Below, piece after piece: positions 48,510 through 61,605 of a DNA stretch of 64,000 nt (its first letter is position 1; every line of letters begins with the position of its first letter). Origin of the DNA: Camelus ferus. Its lineage: Eukaryota. The translations under genes were made by a program, and so were the position numbers. The stretch spans positions 46,130,001-46,194,000 of the forward strand of contig NC_045697.1 in NCBI RefSeq assembly GCF_009834535.1, in the 5' to 3' direction. The notes beneath the pieces are model-generated. The model had not been told where the DNA came from. It searched no databases and worked only from the letters and a program-made list of their open reading frames with translations.

Positions 48510-51064
48510 CAAAACACTCCTACGCGCGCATACACCCGCTGTCCATCAGAAGTGGTTTTCTCATTTCCCTTTCCTCCCACCTTGTTCATCCCACTCCAGG
48601 AAACAGTCCTCTCCAAACGGCATGGGTTTTTGGACACCTCCACATTACTTCAGACAACTACTTCAGCCAGAACGTGGGACAGACACTGACAGGATATCAC
48701 CTTTGGGAATAAATACCGTCTAGTTTCCGGTGGATGGTGGAAAAGGGAGGGGGTGGGATGAGGGAAGCTCATCCTTGCACTGCTAGCACAGGGAAGGAGA
48801 GAGTAATTGGGGAGGGGCAGGATAGGAAGTGTTATTTCTCCCCTCTTTTTTCATTTCAGATCCTTCCAATATTTTTTATCTTTAAAAAAATTCCCCTTCC
48901 TAAGTTTGGATGGGGTGGGGGAGCAAACTCAAGGAAGTGGAAAGGTGAGAAAGTATGGGAGAGGGCCAAGGGAGCCGGTCAAGGAACTGAAGCTCTCCAG
49001 CTTTGGGGCAATCTCTGCGGGAGATGCCCTCAGCTATAGGTTTTAGCTCAATGTAGGGAGAGCTGATCGGGTGTATAGGTGGTAGTGGGAAGTCTGGATT
49101 GAAAAAAAAAAAACATACTCATTCCCACCCCAAGGCATTAAAAGACACCCCCTCCCCAGCTGTCTTGTGTCCGGCAGAATGGCATTATGTAAAAGATCTG
49201 GCATGTCACCCAGTGGCACATCTGGTAGGTGTAGATGGCATTCATTAGCACAGGGCTTCTACTCTGCAGCATGCCAAAGCCCTGACAGAGATGCCCACTG
49301 CCAATCATTCATTCGCTGCCAATCCCAGAGCTCGGCCGGGCGGGATGGCTCCCTTCCACCCTGGCACCAGGACTGGAGGAAACAATTTGTTGAGATACCA
49401 AGAGATGAAAGCGGAGTTGAGGATGCGAGGCACCCAACAGATGTATCCCGTGAGGAGATAACGGTGCGAAAAGTCATTTAGCAAGAAAACATATGCAGGA
49501 TCTCAGGAGGGAGGCTTGGGCAGGGGTCTGCCTGCCTAGGGATGAGCTAAGGGAGGGGCAGGGGAACCCCTTCAGAAACCTCAAGCTGAAGTTGCTCCTC
49601 TGAAAACACACAAAGATCAATCCCCACTCCCTTAACTATAAGACCTCTTTCTCCCTCCTGCCGTCTCTCTCTCCCCTACCCCTGCCCTGCCATGTGTACC
49701 TCTGTTTATCTAACTAGCTCTGAAAAGATGAACTTTCCTGCCATCCTCAAGGCTTTCTGATCACTGATATAAAAAGCACCTTCCTGTTCTTAACGTTGCA
49801 CCATTCTCTTTGCCTTGTAATTTGTGGAGGGAGGTAGGCTGTTAGGTTATCTTTACTGCATCTTAAAAAGTAAATGTGTTTGGGGTACTAAAATATTGCA
49901 TATATTAATATGAGCAAAAAAATGGGTAAAGATCTTATTTCAATTCCTGGACTTTCAAAAGAGAGAGATAAAGGAAAGCAAGGGGATTATTAAAACGGCC
50001 AAGGCTGGATAAACAAAATCTAGAATAGGGGTTGCTTCTGAGGTTGTCCTTTTTGATTAGGCTGGGTTGTGGTTACCTAGATGGTCAGTGTATTGTTTTC
50101 CTTTATGCCATGCACATATTTTATAAATATTCTTTTTGCCCATTCAATTTAAAAACAACAAGACTCAGAGGTTTGAGGAACTCAGTGTTTGAGCATAACA
50201 GCTCTTTATTGAATATATACACATATATACTATATATAAAATTTTAATACTCTTTTTAGTATAAATGTATACTGTGAAATATTTGGGGCATAACTTATGC
50301 TGCTGGCTCATGATCACAAGATGACTGCTCTAATTCCAGGCATCACACTATTGTTTTAAGCATGAAGAAAGGGTCGGGGCAAAGAAAAGTTGTTCTTTCC
50401 TTTTGTGTGAAGGAAGTACTTTTACTTTTTATTAGCCAGACCTGGGTCATCTGGCCATAGATAACTGCAAGAAGTCTGGGAGAATTAACCTTTAAAATGT
50501 AAAAAGGTAGGGAGAAGAGAATTAGGGATGGTTGTTGAGTTGCGACCAAGGGTTTCTGACCAAAAACTCAGGGCAAGGAAGACTAATTTTAGCACCAGGC
50601 AAGAGCAGATGATCAAGCTTTATCATTGTTTTAAATAAAAATCTTTTGTTTTTATTATAGACATTAAAACTTACCAGTCAGGATACTGTACTTGAATTTA
50701 GCAATTTCTTTGTGAATTTCATCAGATTCTATTTCAAAATAAGGCCTCAAGCTTAATCAATATGTTCATAAGACAGCAGACACAAAATCTGACATATATA
50801 AATAAAATTAGTTTTTGGAAGGAAAGTATAGACCCAATTTTTTTTTTTTTTTTTTTTACAAATTTCAATGAAACAAGGAAAATGGCTCATAGGAAGGACT
50901 AGAGTTTTAATCCCAACTATGTGACTCACTGGATGTGTGACTTTGGGTATTTTACTTGTTTAAGTCTATGTCCTTATCTGTAAATGGGTTAATAATGTTA
51001 ATAATGCCTTGCAGGGTTACGTTGAAACTTAGAAATAATGACAGGTTTTTAAAGGTGGTAATTT

Positions 51065-51515
51065 TGGGGGACCAAGCAGGAAACAGAATTCAGTCCAAAT
51101 GGGTCATATGAAGAGACTGCTTAAAAAGATGTAAGCATGGTTATGGAACAAGTGAGATGATGAAGCACAGAAACAGTGCATTGAGAAGCTCTTAGGAGAA
51201 TTAGTGTTTCTGGAACTCAGTAGTACTGGAACCTTAGAGAAGGGGCCCAGTGAGAGTCATAGGAACATGGCTGTTGCCAGAGAGGTAGCGGCATAGCAAG
51301 GAGGGAGCAGGGGTGAAACATTCCAGTCTTTCCCTTCTCACATCTTCCAATTCCACGTTGATATCTTCCATTGGCCAAACCCAACTGGAAACTAGGTGGC
51401 ACTCTACTGGAAGCATGATGATGAATCTGCATGGGTCAGCTTTTGAGGACACTGAGTCAGGCATAGAAGGCTGGAGAATGGATCTTGGGGAGACAAAGGG
51501 AGAATAATTAGCACA
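51065..51515 (-). mobile_element. ERVL LTR, LTR33-like
   Basis: cattggccaaacccaactggaa...gaatggatcttggggagacaaagggagaataattagcaca resembles the reverse complement of the recalled LTR33 5' end. Confidence 0.55.
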
Positions 51516-53357
51516 CCATTATTATTATTCAGCAATAAGATTGTCTGAGAACCCTCCCTGCAAACATCTTTGCAAAGCATAGTTCCAATGGGAAGTAAAA
51601 ACTTAAGAGGCTTTGTAAACCTAACCATCCAAGTTTTTAAGAATCATCTCTCAGAGCCCTTTGGCTGAAAGTTCCTACTAGCACTCATGAAAGGTTTCCA
51701 GAAGTCTTGGCAGGCTTTGTAAGCCAAGACCTGGAAGAATTTTAGAGTACGCCCTATTGACTTCCTTTGGGCTTCCCCAGGTCTCTCATCATTTTGTGGC
51801 TTCCTGTGTCAGGATCAGTCTTGCTAGACCCGGTTAGTCACTTGCTGGCTGTTGCTTTCAAGGAAGCCAGCCAGTATTCAGCAAAAAGTGACTGCTTTAT
51901 AACAAATCAACCTCACAGCAACAGGAAACCCTACTAATGCCTTTTCTTGAGTTCAGAGTCTGTGTGGACTTCAGATTGAAGTAATCTTTCCTCTTTCCAA
52001 TTTTGCCGTCCCTGTCCTTTCCACCTATATCTGAACAAACCCAGAGACAAGACAATGAAAAACAACGGTAAAGAAACATATTCTCTTTTCTAATTTTAGA
52101 TAAAATTATAAGTAGTATCAGAGTCTTGAGTGTTTACTCTAGATAATTAGCACAATTAAAAGCCTCGTTTCTGAATCTCCTAGAAACTAAGTTTGAAAAA
52201 TTGGTAGGCCTGAAGTAAAATTAGTAGCCATTGTTTTAATGGAGAGAAACAGATTAACAAATTAGAAAAAACCCCTGAAAATTAAGAGTGAGAAGCAAAG
52301 ATGAATAATTTTGGAAGCAACATATAAAACTAAGCAATGAGTATAAATGAAATAGATCAACCTCTGGCATGATAGCATGGGGAACTCTGTGGACCAATTT
52401 CCCAGTGAAACTGTTGAAAATTATGTATATAAAGGCCAGTCATTTAAAGCCTCTGAAAATGGTCCTAAAGGCAAACAGCAAATGAAGAATAACTATTCAA
52501 GAAAATCTATGAAAATTTGGTAAAAAGTGAGAGTCTGTGGTATTTGAACTAAGACCACTCCCTTCCAAACCCCGCTCCCAACTCAGTGAGACAGACTCCA
52601 GACTGCTGTGGCCAAGAACACAGCACCCCCTCTACCCACCAGCTCCCAACTGGAGGATTTTCTTTGCAAGAGGAGTAGGATTTCTGCTTTTCTCATCCTG
52701 CCTCTAGCTGCCTGTTGCTGAGGCTAAGTCCCACATGAATGTGGTTAGGAGATGCAACTTCCTTCTTCTGCCCAACCCTTACTTGTGGAATGAAGGTTCT
52801 CCTTTGGGTGTGGTGTCTTGAGAATCCTAGGGCTCAGATAGCCCTCTTCCTAGTCCTTGAGATTCCTTTCCAGGAGAAGCAAGCTGAGAGGACTGCAGGC
52901 TGCTGCCTACCCCCACTCCCATTCCCCTACCAAGCACTCAGCTCCTAGAACAGGGGTGTCACTCAGAGAGAACCTTGCCATTGTTCCCACCCCCGGCTCC
53001 AGAGCCCTGGCTCAGAAATTTTGCCTGTTGGAGGGGAGAGGGAAAGAATCAGGTCATGAAGCAGATAGCTTGTAATCTTTTCCTGAAAGAACTGACTTTA
53101 TCTGCAACAGAGTGGTGAAGTTTAAACCTAAGGGCTACTTTCAAGAACAGCAGAGCTTGTAGTAAAAGGCAACTGGGGGGAGATTTGTGAACCTATTAAA
53201 AATATAGCCTAGATTGTAAAGCCAGTAGTTTGTATGAGAGAATCCAGGAATAAGAGCTGGAAAGAGGTATCAAACACTAGCCTCAGAAACTGTTCCATCT
53301 AAAGGAGTCACAATATGATTGGATTAGTTTGTAGAGGAACTCTGCTCCTGGAACTCT

Positions 53358-54386
53358 TTGGTTTTTTGTTTTGTTTTTAATTTTTCTCCTGGTTTTATTG
53401 AGGTATAACTGACAAATAAAATTCTACATATAACATGTAGAAGGTGATGATTTAATATATGTAGATGTTGTGAAATGATTAACACAATCAAGTTAACTAA
53501 AACATTCATTGCCTCATACAGTTACCTTTATCTGTTGAGAATGCTTAAGATCTACTCTATTTGCAAATTTCAAGTACACAATAGAGCATTAATAACTATA
53601 GTCACTATGCTGTACAGTAGATCTTCAAAATTTATTCATTTTATAACTGAAAGTTTGTATTCTTCGACCAACTTCTCCCTATTTCTCCCACCCCTGCTCC
53701 CCATCCCCTAGAGTCTACCATTCTATTCTCAGTCTCTATGCGTACAACTTCTTTTTTAAAATTCCACATATGAGTGAGATCATATGGCATTTGTCTCTCT
53801 CTGTCTAGTTTATTTCACTTAGCATGATGTCATCCAATTCCATCTATTGCAAAAATGGCAGGATTTCCTTCTTTTTAATGATTGAATGGTATTATATGTA
53901 TATATATCATATGTACATATATATGTGTATATATGATATCTATCTATCTCACATTTTCTTGATCCATTCACCCATCAACAGATGCTTAAGCTGCTTTCAT
54001 AACTTGGTTATTGTGAGTAATACTGCAGTGAATGTTGGCAATACAGATATCTCTTTGAGATACTGATTTTGTTTCCTCTGGATATGGTAGTCGTATTTTT
54101 AATTTTTTGAGTAACCTTCATACTGTTTTCCATAACAGCTTTACCTAAACTCACATTCCCCCCAACAGTATATAAGGGTTCCTTCTTGTCCACATTTCCA
54201 CTAACATTTGTTATCTATTGTCTTTTGAATAGTAGCCATCCTAATAGGTGTGAAGTGACATCTCACTATGGTTAAGATTTGCATTTTCCTGATGATTAGT
54301 GATGTTGACTGTATTTTTATGTGCCTGTCTATTGAGCATCTTTTTGTGTACCTGTCTATTTAGGTCCTTTCTCCATTTTGAAATCA

Positions 54387-54420
<34 letters not shown>

Positions 54421-55098
54421 GTGATTGCTATTGAGTTGTAGGAGTTCCTTATATACTTGGGATATTGACCACTTATCAAATAGATGGTTTGCAAATATTT
54501 CCTCTCATTCTATAAGTTGCCTTTTCATTTTGTTGATTGTTTTCTTTGCTGTGCAGAAGCTTTTTAGTTTGATGTAGTCCCACTTGTCTATTTTTGCTTT
54601 TCTTGCCTGTGCTTTTGGTGTCATATCAAAAAAATCATTGCCAAGACCAATGTCAAGAGACTTTTTCCCTATGTTTTCTTCCAGGAGTTTTAGGGTTTCA
54701 AGCCTTACATTTAAGGCTTATTCATTTCAAGTTAATTTTTGTGACTAGTGTAAGATAGGTTTCCAGTTTCATTCTTTTGCATGGAAATATCCAGTTTTCC
54801 CCACGTCATTTATTGAAGAGACTATCCCCCTTCCATTGTGGGTTCTTGGCACTCTTGTCAAAGGTTGGTTAATAGTTTATGCATACTTATTTATTTATGG
54901 ACTCTCTATTCTGTTCTACTGGTCTATATGTCTGTTTTTATGCCATTCTGTACTGCTTTGATTATTATAGCTTTGTAATATAGTTTGAAATCAGGAAATG
55001 TGATGCCTCCAACTTTGTTATTCTTCCTAAAGATTGCTTTGGCTATTCAGGGTCTTTTGTAGTTCCATACAAATTTTAGAATTTTTTTTTCTATTTCT
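53358..55098 (-). mobile_element. Antisense L1 (ORF2 3' end plus 3' UTR, L1MA-like) inserted in the older L1 5' region
   Basis: Begins with a T-rich tail then tttattgaggtataactgaca. Minus ORF 54008-54193 contains DKKEPLYTVGGNV (L1 ORF2 C-terminus). Host sequence resumes at about 55108. Confidence 0.9.
54387..54419 (+). repeat. (GAT)11 microsatellite inside an L1
   Basis: Direct read. Confidence 0.9.
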
Positions 55099-55725
55099 CT
55101 AATGCAAAGGCACTGTTGAAAACATTGGCACAATAGGCCAGAAGTTAGTAGAGTTTAACAGCTGAGTGTAGTCGAGGAAAGAGTAGAAGAGAATCCTTGC
55201 TGGTACAATGGCACCCCAGACTAGAAGATAAATAATCCAAATAAAGAATAAGCATGGAATTGAATAGATATTTCTCTAAAAAAGATGGAAAAATGACCAA
55301 TAGGCACATAAAAAGATGCTTAGTATTATTAGTCACTAGGGAAATGCACATCAAAACCACAATGAGCTACCATTTCACACACACCTAGTATGGCTATAAT
55401 AAAAAAGACAGACAATTTAAAAAAGAAGTTTAAATAAACCAAAATAAGTCAGGAAAGGGAAAGCAGAGAAACAAAAACCAGATGAATGAACAAAAAATAA
55501 ATAATAAAATGGTAGACCTAAATGCAAACATATCAATAATCACATTAAATGCAAATGGCCTAAACACATTAAAGAAAATAAAGAGATGGTCAGAATGGAT
55601 TAGGAACAAACAAAATTTATGTTGTCTATATAACAATCATTTCAAATATAATGATGTAGATAGATTAAAAGTAAAAAGATAATAAAAGTATGCCTGAAAA
55701 CATTAATCATTAGAAAGCTATAGTG

Positions 55726-55779
55726 TTTGACCTAACATTGTAAAATGACTATAACTCAATAAAAAAAGTTTTAAAAAAA
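55726..55779 (+). mobile_element. About 54-bp young L1 tail with perfect 14-bp target-site duplication
   Basis: agaaagctatagtg at 55712-55725 and 55780-55793 flanks ...aacattgtaaaatgactataactcaataaaaaaa. Confidence 0.85.
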
Positions 55780-58700
55780 AGAAAGCTATAGTGGCTATAC
55801 TAATAGCAGACACAGATTTCATAGATAAGGAAATACCAGGGATAAAAAATTCATTATGTAACAATAAAAAGGACAAATTTTCAGTCATTCCCAATAATCT
55901 TAAATCTGTATGAACCTAATAACAGTGCTTTAAAACACACAAAACAAAATCTGAAAAAAGTACAGGAAGAACTAGACAAGTATACAATTATATTAGAGAC
56001 TCAGAAACTCCTCTTTAGTAATAGAAGAACAAGTAGAAAGATCAGCAAAGGCATAGAATAACTAAAATCACTATCAAACAACTGTATTTAATTTTTATTT
56101 ATAGAACACTCAACCAAACATCAGTAGTATATACATTCTTTCCACATGCACATGGAATACTCACCAAGATACATCATATCCTGGAACATAAAACAAAGTT
56201 AGCAAACTTAAATAATCAGAATAATAATAGCTATGTTCTCTGACCACACTAAGCAAGAAATAGATATCAGAAAGATACTTAAGAAACAGATATCAGAGAG
56301 TTAACAGGAGACTGTCCAGGCACTTCAAGTTAAACAACACATGTCTAAGTAACTCATGTATCGAATAGGAAATTTCAAGAAAAATTAGAAAATATTTTGA
56401 AATGGAGGAACATAAAAATACATAGCAAATTTGTGGAATGTAGCTAAGGTAGTGCTGAGATGAAAATTTATAAGATTGTGATATTAGGAAAAAAAAAGGT
56501 TTCAAATCAATTATCTAAGTTCCATCTTAAACCAGATGAAAAAGGGGGAAATAAACCCAAAAGAAGCCAAAGGAAATAAATAATAGAATAAGAACAGAAA
56601 TCAAAGCAAATTTTAAAAGAAATAATAAATATAATTAATAAATATACAGCTGGTTCAATGACAAGCCTGTAGGAAGACTGACAAAGAAAAAAGAAAAATT
56701 TTCTAATGTCAGCAATGGAAGACACTCAGTAGACATTAAAAGGGTACTCAGCTAATACTGTGAAAACTTGACAAATTCAGCAGATGAGATGAAATGCCAA
56801 GTCCTTAAAAACTACAAACTATCAAAACTCATCTAAGATGAAATAGACAACCTGAACAGTCCTACAACTATTAAAGAAATTGAATTCATAGTAAAAAACA
56901 AAATAAACAAAAAACCTTTCTGAAAAATAAATCTCCATTTTTAAGTGTCTTAACTGGTGAATTCTACCAAATGTTTAAAGAAGACGTAATGCCAATTCTA
57001 CATAATTTCTGCCAAAAAGGAGAAAGAAATATTTCACAGTTCATTTTATGAGACTGGATATGAAATCCAGGCAAAGGCAATATAGGTAAAATAATCGCAC
57101 AGATCTTTATTCCTCATGAACATAGACACAAAATCTCCAATAAAATATTAGTAAGTTGAATCCAGCAATATATAAAATGAAAGTGACACTAAAGGAAAAT
57201 GGAGTTTATACAAGGAATGTGAGGCTGGGTCAATATTTGAAAACTAATCAAGCTAATCGACCATATCAATAACCTAAAGAAGAAAAACCCACGTGATCAT
57301 GTCAGTTGATCCTGAAATAGTATTTGACAAAATTCAACATCCATTCTTGATAAAAACTCTCTGCAGTTTAGGAATAGAGGAGAACTTCTTCAACCTGTTA
57401 AAGGACAACTATAAACAATCTGCAGCTAACATTGTACTTGCTGCTGATAAAATGAATGTTTTCTATGACTGAGAAAAAGACAAGAATGTCTGCTCTTACC
57501 ATTACTACTGAACATCCTCCATCCATTGCAATAAGGCAAGAAGAAGAAATAAAAGATGCATGGGGTAGAAAGAAAGAAGCAAACTGTCCCTATTTACAGA
57601 TGACATGATTTCCAACATAAAAATTCCTGGGAATTTATTTGTAAAATCCTAAAATCCTAGGATAAAAGTGTGAATTAAACAAGGTCACTGATAAAAAATT
57701 TTTTTAATTACAAAAGCTCCTGATAAAAGGGAAATACATATGAATAAATCTAAGTAAACTGCAGCATCTTTATACTGAAAACTAAAAAGTGCTGATGAAA
57801 GAAATCAGAGAACATTAAATAATAGAGAGATATATCTTATTCATGGTTTCTAATACTCAATATAGGAACATTGTCAGTTTTTCCTAAATTAATCCAAGGT
57901 TTAACAAACTTTATAATTAAAATTACAGAGGGATATTTTGTAGATATAGACAATTCTAAAATTTATATAGAAAGACAGAAAATAGAATAGCTAAAAAAAT
58001 TTTGAAAAATAAGAATAAATTTGGACACTTTATAGTTCCTTACTTCTAGACTTACTATAAAGCTAAAGTAATCAAAACTGTGGTGTTAGCAAAGAATAGA
58101 CAAATAGATCAATGGAATAGGATAGAAAGTCCAGAAATAGAGCCATACAGGTGCAACTATTTGATTTTTGGCAAAGGTGCAAAAATAATTAAATAGAGAA
58201 AGAATAAGTTTTTCAATAAATTGTGTTGCAGCAATTGGACATCCATATGCAAAAACAAAAGAAGACAACTAAGTCTCACACTTACTACATTAATATTAAT
58301 GCAAAATACATCATAGATCTAAATGCAAAACCTAAAACTATAAAACTTTTAGAAGAAAACATAGAAGTAAATCTTCATGACCTAGGGTTAGACAAAGAGT
58401 TCTTAATCATGATACTAAAAGCATGATTGATAAAAGAAAAAAGTAACTTGGACTTAATAAAAATTTAAAACTTTTCCTCTGTGAACAAGCCACTATTGAG
58501 AGAATGCAAAAACAAGCTACAAACCAGGAGAACACATTTGCAAATCATATATTAACGAACGACTTGTATCCAAAATAGAAAAAGAACTCTTAAAACTCAA
58601 CAGTAAGAAAATAAAGAGCCTGATTAAAAATGAGTAAATGGTCTGAACAAATATTCGCCCATCAGGACATAAGGATAGTAAGTGCGTACACGTTCTACAT

Positions 58701-58790
58701 CTTTAGACACTGCAGAGATGAAAATTAAAACTATAATGGTTTTCAATGTTTGAATGGTTAAAGAAGAAAATACTGATAGTAGCAAGTACT

Positions 58791-59154
58791 AGTACATGAG
58801 TCTGCTTGGGCTGCTATAAGAAAAATACCAAAGAGCTCGTGGCTTAAACAACAATTTATTTCTCACAGTTCTGGGTCCTAGAAATCCAAGATCAGGGTGC
58901 CAGCATGGTCCGGTTCTGATGAGAACCCTCTTGCTGGCTCGCAGATGGCTACCTTCTTACTGTATCCTCACATGGCAGAAAGAAAGAACATTTTTATCCC
59001 GTCTCTTCTTATGTGGGTACTAATTCCATTCCTAAGAGCTTTACTCTTGTGACCTAATTACTCCCCAAAGGCCTTACCTCCACATACCATCACATAGGGG
59101 ATTCCAGCTCAACATACGAATTTTAGAGGGAACGCAAACATTTTGTCTGCAGCA
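58791..59154 (-). mobile_element. MLT1A-like MaLR solo LTR inserted in L1
   Basis: cttgggctgctataa...ttaaacaacaatttatttctcacagttctgg...tccaagatcagggtgccagca...cataccatcaca; L1 sequence resumes after it. Confidence 0.85.
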
Positions 59155-59505
59155 GCTGACAAGGATACAGAGGAAATGGAACTCTCATATATTGTCTGTG
59201 GGAATGTGAAATCATTCAGTTACTCTGGAAAAGTTTAATATTTTTTTTTAAAAATAAAGTTAAAATACATTTCTAGGACCTAGAAATCCCATTGTTAGCG
59301 TTTTACCCAAAAGAAACGCAACTGATATTCACAAAATTTTATTCAGTAACATTAATAGCAGCTGTAGTCACCATTACCAAAAACTAAGAACAACCAAAAT
59401 GTCTTTCAGTGGGTGAATGGATAAATCACTTTGATACATACACACAATGGAATACTACTCAGAAGAAAAAGGAATGAACTACTGATGTATAGAAAAACTT
59501 GGATG

Positions 59506-59666
59506 GGGGAGGGTATATCTCAGTGGTAGAGAGTGTACTTAGCATATAGAAAGTCCTGGGTTCAATCCCCAGTACCTCCATTGAAAAAAATAATGAATCA
59601 ATGAATCAATCAATCTAACTACTCCCCCTCACCCCCGAAAAAAAGACTCCTTAAGAAAAAAAAGTG
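59506..59666 (+). mobile_element. tRNA-derived SINE, vic-1-like (camelid)
   Basis: GGGGAGGGTATATCTCAGTGGTAGAG (A box)...GGGTTCAATCCC (B box, 59558-59569), A-rich tail, and an 11-bp TSD aaacttggatg at 59495-59505 and 59667-59677. Confidence 0.8.
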
Positions 59667-59779
59667 AAACTTGGATGATTCTTAAAGGTATTAAGCTAAG
59701 TGAAAGAAGCTAATCTGAAAAGGTTACATATTCTTGTCTTTATTTCTGTGACATTCTCAAGAAGACAGAATTATAGTAT

Positions 59780-61605
59780 TCAGAAGTGGAGTGCTGCTGT
59801 AACACAACTAAAAATGTGAAAGTGGCTATCCCATCCTTATCACCACTTTATCCTTATCACACAAGTAGGCTTTATTTGGGCAACCCTTTGACAGATTTGC
59901 ATAGTAGCTGAAATCCCTCACAGCATGAGGCTGTCCAGAGGCCACGCTGTAGGGGCCACCATTCAGAAAGGGACGAGGGGAGGGGAGTTCCTGAGGGAAA
60001 TGTGTTAGCAGTGCTGGTGATGCTCAGCAGCCCAAAGGGAGTCTCTGAGGCAGAGAGTTGTAATGGGCAGCAGCAGTTTAGGATCTAGAGTTTGTTTCAT
60101 CTGTGGCTAGCAGAGGCTGTGTGCAATTTTATGGGACATGCAAAGCAGGCAGGCTTTACATGGCTACAACCCTGCTTATTTGGGGTAAGTTTAAAACAAC
60201 CGGGCATGTGAAAGTTTGAGTGTGACACTGGTGGAGCTGATGGTGGAGCCTTCTGTGAAGAAGTAAACAACCTAGAGGCCAATATACAGAGGCTATCTCT
60301 GGCTCTTTTATATAACAGGTGGGTAATGGGTAGAGACTAGAAGAAATTTGAGCACATAATAGAAAAAAGTCTAGGTTGCCTTGAGAAGACTGTTGGTAGA
60401 AATATGAATTTTAAAGGAAATTCTGGTAAGCATGCAGAAGGAAAAGGGGAACACATTATTGGAAACTGAAGGAATTTTAAATATAACTGGAAGAATTGTT
60501 ATATAGTAGCAAAAACTTGGCTTCTCTGTGTTCTACAGTTGTGAGAGAGCAGAAATCATAAATGATAAAATTGGATATGTTGCTGAAGAGATTTCCAAGC
60601 AAAGTATTGAAGATGCAGCCTGGTTTTTTTCTTTCTGCTCAGTAAAATGCAGGAGGAAGGAGATAAATTAAGGAAGGAACTGTTACGCAAAAAGGAACCA
60701 ACATTTGATGACTTGGGAGAATCTTGGCCTATCCAGATTTCAGAGGATGGCACTATTAGGAGACTCACTGTTAAGGAAGGATGTTCTGGAGAGAAGGTCA
60801 AGGGTATGGCTGGATAAACTTTTGCTGAAGCAGTTAGGCTTGCTACTCATGGATCCATTCAGTCATCTTAGGAGAAAGCAGAAACAGAGATGGGGTTATC
60901 CAGGAAATATTTCTGGAGGGCTCTCATGTCTAATGCTGTGGACCCTTGTGACATACATGGGAGACCCACAAGGTTTTTGAGAATGTTATGTCAGCAGGAA
61001 CACTGCTAGTTTGGACCAAAAAGAGCAGAAACAGGACAAAATGAGAGAAAGCTGTTGGGCTGCCAAAATTAACTCAAGCAGAAAACTGCAACTGCAAACA
61101 TATGCCACTCTTTAAGGAAAAAGTAATGATGCTAAGGGTACAGCCTCTGCAGATTATACAGAGGCCTGTGGAGTCCCAGAGGGCAGAGCATTAAGACACA
61201 GAGTATCATTCACAGGCCTTAAAACCTAATGAAATTTTCCCGTATGCATTTCTAACTTACCTGGAATTGGCCCCTATGTTTCTTTCCAACGTCTCCCTTT
61301 TGGAGTGGGAATATCCCTCCTATCTGTATCTAACATCTATGCCTTGCCCACCATTTTATTTTGGAAGTAGGTAACTTGTTTTCTTGTTTTACATGTCCAC
61401 AGAAAGAAAAATTTTGCCCCAGAGTCTAACACATATCTGATGTAGATGATGAGATTTGGGATGTTTGAGCTGTTAATATTTAGATGAAATTTTGGACTTA
61501 AGAATTGATGCTGTAATGAGTTGAGATTTTGGAGGATGTCAGGATAGTGTGAATATACTTTACATATGAGACACATGTGGATTTTGGGGGGCCTGAGAGT
61601 GGGCT
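59780..61605 (+). mobile_element. MLT1 internal sequence, split by an insert at about 59828-60317
   Basis: agaagtggagtgctgctgtaaca...aaaaatgtgaaagtggct | gggtaatgggtagag...agaaaaaagtctaggttgccttga matches recalled MLT1-int; leads into an MLT1 LTR. Confidence 0.7.

Larger units (their letters stand above)
52340..59780 (+). mobile_element. Large decayed L1 (5' region, ORF2 remnants, 3' UTR) interrupted by younger insertions
   Basis: ORF 55482-55682 contains ISIITLNANGLN...IKRWSEWI (L1 endonuclease N-terminus). RT-region landmarks at about 57320 (tttgacaaaattcaacatccattc) and 57590 (tatttacagatgacatgat, F-x-D-D-M). ORF 58223-58426 contains IIDLNAKPKTIKLLEENI. Many stops and frameshifts; ORF1 not recognisable. 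Confidence 0.9.

Noticed and set aside
47269..48723. Long overlapping ORFs (338, 251, 248, 192 aa etc.) at the distal island
   Set aside because: Low-complexity Arg/Pro/Gly/Ala or dipeptide repeats from stop-poor GC-rich DNA and the hexamer repeat. Only the 48087-47877 segment is kept as a hypothesis.
51388..51403. CTCF-like ACTAGGTGGCAC
   Set aside because: Lacks the 5' CC of the core and lies within a decayed LTR; too weak.
55482..58426. Short ORFs with endonuclease/RT-region similarity
   Set aside because: Fragments of a dead L1 ORF2 with many stops; not a functional or domesticated gene.
59506..59580. tRNA-like sequence with A and B boxes
   Set aside because: Followed by an A-rich tail and flanked by a TSD, with degenerate stems: a SINE head, not a tRNA gene.
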